Source of the DNA: Piromyces finnis finn
Taxonomy: Eukaryota > Fungi > Neocallimastigomycota
Assembly (NCBI GenBank): GCA_002104945.1
Contig: MCFH01000051.1
Span: 337,683 to 401,682, forward strand
Direction: 5' to 3'
Length of the DNA stretch: 64,000 bases
Shown: in pieces, positions 53,601-64,000 of the stretch
How the letters are laid out: each line of letters starts with the position of its first letter
Position numbering within the stretch: the stretch's first letter is position 1
Program-made: the position numbers and the translations under genes
Notes under the pieces: model-generated
The model's input: only the letters and a program-made list of their open reading frames with translations
Told to the model about the DNA's origin: nothing
Databases searched by the model: none

Positions 53601-56600
53601 AGTTTGAAGGTTATAATGATGAAATTTTCATTTTTGAAGAAACAAAAAATGAATTTCTAAATTTAAAAGTGTTATTCAATTCAAAAACTGAAAATAAAAT
53701 AAAATTAGATTTATTAGAAAGTATTATTAAAGATATAGAAAAAAGCGAAGTAGAGAAAGAAGTAAATATTTTACTTGATATTCTTGATATAGAGAAAACT
53801 CAAGAAAATAGAGTTATTGAAAAACTGTCACTTTTAAAAAATAAAGATAGTAATATTCGTTATTATGAAAATATTATTTTACTTTTGGAAGATTTCAAAT
53901 TAAATGGTGAAAATTTAAGAGCAATATTTAGAGAAAACAAAACTAATTTAGAAAATTATTCATCATTATATGATTTAATAAAAATAAATGATTCCTTGAA
54001 TTTATTAAATTTAAATATATTGGATTTAAATTCCAATGATAGTATAATAGCACTTGAAGTGATGGACAAGATGTATGAAGAACCAAAATTAATGGAATTT
54101 ATAAAAGATAAACAAATATGTGATGTTCATTCCATGGGTGAATTTATTGATGATTCTGAAGATAATTATTTAACATATAATGATATTGATCAATTAGAAA
54201 CTTGTATTGAATTCCAAAAAGAATTAACAAAAAAAGTAAAAAAAAAAGTGAAAAAGAGTTTTTAGATATATTTATTGATATTATAAAATCCAATTCACAT
54301 TATCATGATATTGGACTTAAATTTGAGAATTCTAGTGGAAAGTTTTCTGATTTTAACGAATTATTTACAAATCATTTGAATCCAAATGAATTAAATAAAG
54401 CTCATATAAAAAGTATTTATAATGATAGTAAAATAGATTTAAAAAATAATTATCCAGAATATAAATGTGAAGTTTCTTATAAAAATAATGGTAATATGTT
54501 ATAAAAATTATGATGAATTATCAGAATTAAGAACAATAGCATTATTAAAAAAGGGCGAGGTTTATGATGAATTTGCAAATATTATTACTAATATACAAGA
54601 TATATTAAAGCTATTAAAAACTATATCTTCAAAGGGTTATTTTGAGGATATTGAATACACTATTGATATTAAAAATGGAAATGCTCTTGCTTCAAAATCA
54701 AAATATAATGATAAAAATGAAACTTTGACCGAAGTTATTAATGAATTAAATATAATTCTTAATCATCAAAAAATATAATTAAAAATAAATATCAGTCAGA
54801 CTATATTAGTACAATAGTTCATGGTAGACAATTTAGATTTATATATGATTATATTAAAATAATAGAAGAAATAGAAACAATAGTTTATTGAAAATTTTCA
54901 AAATTGAAAATGAAGATAAAAGTAAAAGTATAGATGATGAAATTAGAGATAATATTTTAAAATATATTACTGGTAATTTAATTAAGAATTTGAAACAAAC
55001 ATTCTAATAAATAAAAATAAACTATCATTAAACCAAATGTTTGATGATGATATTACATATCTAAATAAATTATTTAAAGCTAATAATAAAAGTTATGAAA
55101 CAATATTTAAAAAAGCAATGATAAAACATGGTGAAAAAAAAAGGGGTATTTATAGTCATTCATGTTCTTTAAAAAATATAGAAAAAAATACAATACATTG
55201 TTCATTAAGTTTAACAGGTGAATTTCCTATTGCTCAAACTGTCATATATTGTAATAATGATACAACTGAAGATGAAATAATATCATTTCTTTATAGATGT
55301 ATTAAATGCGATCAAAATATTTTATTTATTTTAATTAAGCCTGAAAATTTAAGTCGTAGAAAGAAAAGCATATTAATCGAATTACTTAAAGAACTTTATT
55401 CTAGTGATCCAAAAAAAATGGTTTCGTGCTTACTTTTTATTTATACAGAAGGAAATAAAACAGATGAAGCTATTATAGAAATTAAAAAATTACCATATCA
55501 TAAATATTATGATTATAAATTAATGAAAAGAAGGTTGTTTTCCAATGTAATTGTATATTCTAGTAGTATTTCCGGTTTAGGAAAGTCCACTTTAATTAAA
55601 AATGATTTCAAAAATAAAAATCCTAAATATACATATGTTTATTTCCCTTTAGGTGATAATATAAATAAAGAGGACATTATTAATAGATTATTAAAATATA
55701 GTGGTCAAAGAATTGCATTACATATAGATTTATATTACAGTGAACAATTAGAAGTATTAAGGGAATTTTTGTATGAATTTTTAATATTAAAATGTTATTC
55801 TGTTAATGAAAGAAAATTTATTATAGTAGTGAAATAGTAATTAAAGTCGAAATCCCAAATGGTAATATAGATTTTAAAGTATTGTTTCCAATATTATCAT
55901 TTTTCCAGAATATACACATAACTTCTAAATCTATGCCACAATTAATCATTTCTTCAAGAATAGAACAAAATATTCAAATTGTTTGTAATTATTTAAATAA
56001 TATTAATAATATTAATAAATATGATATATATATTCCAAATATAAATAACAAAACACCACAAAGTATTAAAATAAAACAGATGAGTAATAAAGAATGCTCC
56101 AATATTATTTTTTCATATTTAAGAAAAGAACCAAATTATTATCAAGTTCAGTCTTTCATTAATATACTTGCTGAACAATTAATACTTCTTTCTAAATCTT
56201 ATCATTTAAATATTGATCAGTTATTTGATTATAATCGTATTTTTAACAATCCATATTTATATACTTTTAGAAAATTTTTTGTTGATTCATTGACTAAAGT
56301 AATAGAACAATTCATAACATCTACATATAATGATATTATTAAAGATCAAGAATTAACCCACAATCAACAAAAAGGAGATATTAAAATTGAAGATGCAAAG
56401 GAAAAGGCTGCATTATATTTAACAAACAAAAAAATATTTCAATTTGAAAAAATAAGACCAAGCTTAGTGTTAATCAATGAAGACGGTCAATCTGTTTCTA
56501 TTATAAAGACTACTAATAATAACCAAAGAGATGATAATGAAGTTGGTCATTTAATGGCTGTTTATCACCTTGATTATACCACCAAAAGAGGAAATCTTAT

Positions 56601-59600
56601 TGATTATAATAATTTAAAACCAAGAGATTTTTTAATTGAACTTAAAAAAGTTTTAAATCTTTTAAACCCAATTGATGAAATGGATAAAGAAAGCCCAAGA
56701 GAATTTAATAAGAAAAAATTAGAAAATTTAAGTGATATTGTAAAATCTTATGTATTTACAGCTGATAATTTTATGAAATTAATCTTAATATCTTTATTTC
56801 TTAGAACTGATATTCCAGTAGTTTTAATGGGCGAAACAGGCTGTGGAAAAACATCTTTAATAAAAATAATAGCAAGTTTAAAATCTATTCCAATGTATAC
56901 ATTAAATATTCATGCTGGTACAGAAGACGATGATATTATTCAATTCATAAGAAATAACAATTTATTTAATGATATTAGTAAAAATAAAGATAATGAGGAG
57001 AAAACGGATATGGTTTGGATATTTTTTGATGAAATAAATACTTGTAATTCATTATGTTTAATTACTGAAATTATGTTAAAGCATTCTTGTAAGGGAGAAA
57101 GTATCAGAGAAAACGTAAAATTTATTGCTGCATGCAATCCTTATAGAGTAGATGTTAGTAAAAGAGAAATTCCTGGGTTATTAGATGAAAAATATATTGT
57201 GAGTAATCTTGTTTACAGTGTTAATCCTTTACCTCATTCTCTTCTTAATTTTGTTTTTGATTTTGGTTCACCAAATGATAAAGATATTAGAAAGTATATA
57301 TCAAATATCACCTATGAATTTCTTCAAAGAAATATTAAAAATAGGTATATTTTAAATAAAATACATACAATTGCAGAAGATTCAATTTTTGAAGCTCATA
57401 AATATATAAGAGATAATTTTGATATTTCATCAGTTAGTTTAAGAGAAATTAGAAGATTAAGTATTCTATTTGAATGGTTTTGTAATAAATTATTAAAAAA
57501 TAAATTTATAATTAAAAATTTTAAAGAAATGTTAGATGATGAAAAAGATACATTTATTCCTTAAATTTAAGTATATACCTATGTTATTATATAAGATTGT
57601 TTGATAAAAATAAAAGAATAATATTTATAAAAAAAATGGAAAGATCATTTAAAAATGAAATTAAATTTGAAGATATTCCAAAGAAAATAGAAAATGAAAT
57701 TGCAACTGCTGTAAAATTGGATAAAGGTATTGCTAGAAATAAAGCTTTATTAGAAAACTTGTTTGCTATCTTCGTTTGTTTAAACACAAAGATACCTTTA
57801 TTTATAATAGGAAAACCTGGTTGCAGTAAATCATTAAGTGCACAATTAATTTTTAAATCAATGAATGGAAAAAATTCATCTCATGAATTTTTTAGAGAGT
57901 TCCCAAAGGTATACACAAAATCTTATCAAGGCTCACGTACAAGTACTTCACAAGGTATTTTGAAAATATTTGAAAAAGCAAGAAAGTCACTGGAAAAAAA
58001 TACTTCTAATGAAATTATATCAGCAATTTATTTTGACGAGATGGGACTTGCGGAAGTATCCAAAAATAATCCACTAAAAGTAATACATTCACAATTAGAA
58101 TATGATGATAATGAAAGAAAAATAGCATTCATTGGTATTTCAAATTGGCCATTCGATGCATCTAAAATGAATAGAGGAATCTATCTTTCAATTCCTGAAC
58201 CTGATGAACAAGATTTAATTGATACAGCTTTAGCTATTGCTAAATCCTATGATCCAAAATTAGTACAAGATTATAAAATCTATTATGAATATTTATCATC
58301 ATCTTATTATAATTATAAGGAAGGATTGAAAAATAATTCACTAAATTTAAAAATAATAATAAAACTAATTTTAAATTACCCAATAAGAATATTAAAGAAT
58401 TTCATGGTACTAGAGATTTTTACCATTTAATAAAAATCTTATCAAAATTATTCATTCAAAATAAATTCCCAACGGAAAAGTGCATAATTGATGATATTTT
58501 AATGGAAAGTATTGAAAGAAACTTTGGTGGTTTAGATTATTCTATTGAAAAATTTAAAGAAATGTTTAAAACTTTATATCAAAATGTTAACGATATAAGT
58601 AAATATGATGTAATGAACTGTGTCCTTAATAATATAAAGGATTCAGATAGTAGATATCTTTTAATTGTAACAAAAAGTTCGATTAGTCAATATCTAATTA
58701 CATTAATTATACAAGAATTATGTAAAAATTATGTATTTTATTATGGTAGTGATTTTGATGAAGATACATTAAAAGGATATTATAGTGCGAAAATTTTAAA
58801 TAAGGTACAAATTTCTATGAATGAAGATACTGTAATGGTATTAAAGAACTTATCTAGCATGTATCCATCGTTATATGACCTTTTTAATCAAAATTTCAGA
58901 AAAGTCGGAAATAGCAATTATGCAAGAATTGCGTTAGGAAATTCCAATACACAAAATTATAAAGTCAATGACAACTTCAGATGTATTGTTCTTTTAGATA
59001 AGAAAGAAATTAATGAACAAGATCCTCCATTTATTAATAGATTTGAAAAACATATAATTTCATTCGAAAATTTACTAGATTCTAAAGCAATAAATTTAAC
59101 AAACAACATTTTTAATGACATAAATAAATTCTGTAATAAAAAGAATAATTTATTAAAAATTGATTTAAATCAGAATTAGTTAATTGTGATTTAGAAGAAA
59201 TTTGTGGTATTATCTATCAAATGTTAATAAATAATAAGACAAATAATAATGAAATTAGAAGAAGAAATAATTATAATGATATTATTAAATCGAAACTAAT
59301 TACAAATAATATAATATATGATGATAAATTAAAAGAAACACTAGAAGATAAAATATATCATAAAATTGTTCCAACATTTTCACAAGATATAATATTCTTT
59401 TTTAAATATTCTGAATATGGAAAACAGCATAAAAATAAATATCAAAAGATATTAAACATTTATCTCGAATCTTCAAACAACATCAAAATATTAAATATTA
59501 TTTGGAAAAAATTAATATTAATAAACATATTATTTACACTTTTTCTAATATTTTAGATTCTGCATTTGAAGTAAATAATATTGAAAATGAAAAATATGGA

Positions 59601-62600
59601 CTTTTTACAAAAGAAAATACGAATAATGTTTTTATTAGTCAGTATAGTTCAGAAAGTGATATTGAAGAATGTATTATTGAATATTACAACAATAATAACT
59701 ATAATCTATGCATTATTCATTTTGATGTCTATGAATGTAAACATCTAAATCATGTTAATTACTTAATAGAAAATATTGAATCATCCAAAATGAAAATGAA
59801 TTAAAACCAATTATTTTAATTATTCATATCAAAAGAATTACAATAAATAATGAAAATAATATTGAAAATGAAGAAGATAGAATACAAAATGAATACTTAA
59901 TATCACATTTAACAAATTGGCAACAATTTTTCATTGATAACTTGAATGGAAAAATAACAAACCTAAACGATATTATCTGTGCTTCCAAAAATGAATTATT
60001 TAAAAATAAACTTTGATAGACTTGGATGAAGAATTTAAAATGAACTATATCATTCATTTACTTTTATCCATTATAATGATAAAATTAATTTTACTGATAT
60101 CTCAAAAGAAGAATATATAAATAAAGTATGTGATTTAATTATTGGAAATAAGTATTAATGGGAAATATTTTTTCACTAGTCTTAAACAAAATTAATTCCA
60201 TTCATAATAATATAATTATGGAAGTATTTGAAAAATATAATTTTGAAGAAAATGATATTGATTTTATTTCAGTTCTTATTAAGCATATGAAAAATATTTA
60301 TAAGAATGCTATAATTTGTTCTTTAATCCATTAGAAATCTTAATATATTTTCTACATTATTATCTACTAATAAATGTATGAAAAATAAATATTTTGGAAA
60401 AATTTATCAAGAAAATATTAAAAAATTAAAGGAAGAATCTACCTTAACTTCTCAAACCATATCTCAAGTAACTAATATTGATTTAATTTTAGGGATTTCA
60501 TACCCATGTATTATTCCTGTATTTGATAAAATTAACAAATACATTGTTGAAAACTTAAAAAATGATTATTTCAAAAATGAAAATTTATATATTACTAAAA
60601 GTGAAGATGACTATAAGAAGGAAAAATACATATTTGAAATGAATATTAAAAGAAAGTTTGATGAACAATACTTTGCGGATATATTTTTATATTACAATAA
60701 AAAGAAATTAAATATACTTGATAGAAAGAAATTACTTCAAATTTTATTTGAAGATTATATTATATACTATTTATCAAAATCAAATAATAAATTTAAAATA
60801 AGAAAATATTACGTTTCTTTGATACACTAAGTCAATTATTTGAAATGATTAATAATGAAAATGAAAATGAAGATGATTATGAAGAATATAGTGATAATGA
60901 TATTAAATTATTATATGAAAAATTAACAAAATTTATCTTATTTATCGAAACATTCCAAAAATATATTATCATTATAGTTGATTTTATTAACTTTATGGAT
61001 TCTATTTTTATAGATTTTACAGAAATGTTTATTTTAAAAATATTAGATAATACATTTATGAAAGTTAATAAGAAGATTTCTATCGGAAATGATATAATAT
61101 TCAATTTGTACGAATCATTAGTTTATTGCATTCTTAATTACAAATACAATTTTAATGTTATATCAAATGAATTATTTAATGAACTTTTGAAGAAATTAAA
61201 ATTATTTCTAACACTGTAATTAAAGTAAATATTGATTTGGGTTTAACATTGAAACAATATTGTACTTAAGAGATTTAATCGAAGTAAAGGAAGAATTTAG
61301 TAAATCAAAATACCATTGAAAGAAAATTTAAAAATTTATTTAGACTTTTTAAGAAATGAAAATGAAATATATTTATTACCAGAATATTTAAATAATGCAA
61401 ACATAGAATTATCCAACAATAAAGACATTAAAAATCCAATTATCAAAGAATTTGAGTTTTTAAATGAAAAATTATCTATTAATAATTGTTTGAATTTAAA
61501 AGTAAAATTGCTAAATAATAAGATAAATATATCTAATAATGAAAGTTATATGTTAATTATGTTAAATATTATTTGTTCGGATAATGATCTTATTATTAAA
61601 TCTAAAAAATATTTGAAATAATATTTAAAAAATATAATTTAAATATAATTAATAAGATATCCTCAAATTTATATACTCTAAATGAAAATAATGAAAGCGA
61701 TAATAGTAGCTATGAAGAAAGTATTATTATTTATAGTAGTGATGAGGAAGAAAAAATTATAACTATAGTAGTGATGAAGAAGAATATATCAATAATTATA
61801 TCAATAATTATTACAGCAATGAAGATGAAAATATGGGTGTAAATTTCATATCACAAATAGAAAATGATAAGTACAATCCAATTATTATGTTTTAAATAAA
61901 ACTGAAAGTGATATATTAAATGAGGTTTTGATATATTTATTTGATGAGTCCATTATAAAATACTTTAATTTAAAAGATAACGATGAAGAAAAAATATTAA
62001 AACAATCTTTTATTATATTTAGAAGCTTTATTTCTATTATTGAGAATTATAATTGTAAAATCACCAAAGATAATAAATTAAAAATATTATATTGTATTTC
62101 ATATATAAAATGCTACTGCTATCATTTATGTAAAATATTTATGAATAATGATGATTTAAGCGACATAAACATGGAAAGTATATTAGAATTTTTAGATAAT
62201 TCAACTAAGTTAAGGAAAGTTATAAAAATATATATATTAAGAGTGCTAAATAAAATTATTAAAAATTATAAAAATTTAGTTGAAATTATAAAGGAAAAAG
62301 AATTATTTATTGATGACTTTGATTTTTCTGAAAAGTTCCATTTTTCTTTTAATAATCTTTTCCTTCAAAATGGTTCTTATGAAAATTATAAATACTAAAG
62401 CAATTATATAGAGAAAGCAAAATAGATAATTTTAAAACTAATAAAGAACTTATAAAATTATCTAAAAATATATCAATTTAAAATTTTTATGATGTAATTA
62501 TAATGAGGAATTTTCAAGTCTACTTAAAAAACCATTTGATAATGCATATTATCAAAAATTGTGTCATTTCTTACCAAAATATTGTGAATAAATCAAATAT

Positions 62601-64000
62601 ATCAGAAACTTCAAAAAGTATTGTTTCAATTTTATACAGTATGAATCTTTATTCAAGGAAGTATCAAATATTCAAAATTTATCATTATCAGAATATGAAA
62701 TATTATTATATTCACATAAATTTGCATTTATATGCTCACAATCAAAACCAAATACTGTTTATTCAAATATTTTATCATCAGAAATAATGGATAAAATAAA
62801 TAATATTTATATACCAGGAGGTGAACCGGAATATAGTATATTAATAGATTCAGCTAAGGAAATCAAAGAATATTTTGATAATAAAAAAGCCTCTATGGAA
62901 AAAAGTGGCGTTTACATATGCAGTTGTGGAAAGTCTTATTATATTGATAATTGTACTCAACCAAACTCCACTAGTAATTGCTCTTTTTGCAAAAAAATAA
63001 TTGGAGGTACAAATCATAGGTTACATAAAAGAGAAGGCCATTTAAGAATATTTGAAAATTTAAATGAACAAGCAGAAAATAAAAACATTCCAGGAAAGTT
63101 ATTTAGTGACTTATTAAAAGAAGTTGAAATCTTAAAAAATACTCAGAAACCTGGATTAAAAAGAGTATTAAAAATATATTTCACTAATCCCACAAAAGAA
63201 GTAAGAAATATTAATAATATAACATATAGATTATTAAGTTTTATATTTTACTCTTGTATTCTCTTTGATGAAAAATTAAAATATTTAAAAGAAAACGATT
63301 TAATTAAATTTTATTATGAAGATGATGATAAACAATCGATTTTCTCAATTTTAAAAGACATTTGGGAATTATTAAATATTGAATTAAATAAAAAAGGAAT
63401 TGATAATAAAATACAGTGCTTTTTAAATTTAATTTTACCTGATATTGCAATATTAATATCGAATAATGAATTTAAAATGGAAAATAGCCATGAAAGAATG
63501 CTCTTTGAAACTGAATGCAATAAAAAAGTAGAATATACTATTGCTAATTTCCAAAAATTATATCAACAGTATATCAATAATAGTAAGGAAATTCTTGAAA
63601 TTAATGATGATACAATACAATCTATTATTGAAGAAACTTCAAATATTAATAAACTAAATCTAGAAAATTATCCATTAATTAGGTTTTTATGCATCTGATT
63701 ATCCTTCATATGAAAAATTTTATGATCAATTCATTGAAATACCAAATAAAGCTCAACAATATCCTGCTATTAGTTCTTACATTAATGCATCCATTGCAGA
63801 AATTGATAAATTTAAATTCTTAGAAACTTTCCAATTAATAAATCCATTTATTGTATATGTATTGGAAAAATATTCTAATAAGATATCAAGAAATGAAGCC
63901 AAAAGTATAAAAATAAAGAATGAGCTTAAAGATGATAATTATATGAAAAAACTATTTAAATACTTTAAAAAAGGATGGAAAAAAATATATACCGATTTAA
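50635..64000 (+). CDS. RNF213: Inverted copy of the RNF213-like gene, fragmented by 1-nt deletions and cut by the window end
   Basis: About 20 plus-strand ORF fragments (50706-63698) match the left copy. ATG at 50635; RZ finger at 62910-63023. Confidence 0.8.

Larger units (their letters stand above)
41496..64000 (-). repeat. Right arm of giant inverted repeat (continues past the window end)
   Basis: Reverse complement of 18829-41394; about 60 nt shorter overall because of scattered 1-nt deletions. Confidence 0.97.

Noticed and set aside
47766-64000. Right-arm DUF2828 and RNF213-like copies as genuine pseudogenes
   Set aside because: Lesions checked are almost all 1-nt deletions, often in homopolymers, with essentially no substitutions. 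This is the profile of unpolished long-read consensus, not neutral decay.

Overview
Very AT-rich eukaryotic DNA with GT-AG introns. The gene set (CotH kinase, 7TM-RGS protein, intronless bacterial-like genes) suggests an anaerobic gut fungus (Neocallimastigomycota); this is inference. The left part holds a spliced DNA polymerase X (lambda-like) gene running off the window start, an interrupted CotH gene, a DUF2798-like membrane protein and a 7TM-RGS gene. Next comes a ~14.6 kb RNF213/mysterin-like giant AAA+ ATPase gene (about 4,850 aa; both active Walker A/B pairs, an RZ finger, no visible RING). It lies head-to-head with a DUF2828 (TROVE-like + vWA) gene. Downstream is an apparently full-length single-ORF non-LTR retrotransposon (RRM-like + APE + RT + Cys/His knuckle) with a structured, tandemly repeated 5' leader, AATAAA and an A28 tail. 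At that tail the sequence folds back: 41496-64000 is the reverse complement of 18829-41394, a palindrome with arms of at least 22.5 kb. The right arm is rich in 1-nt deletions, so its fragmented ORFs are probably consensus errors and the palindrome may itself be an assembly or read artefact. However, the junction has natural snap-back geometry, and the 5' halves of the two retroelement copies differ by mostly synonymous substitutions.
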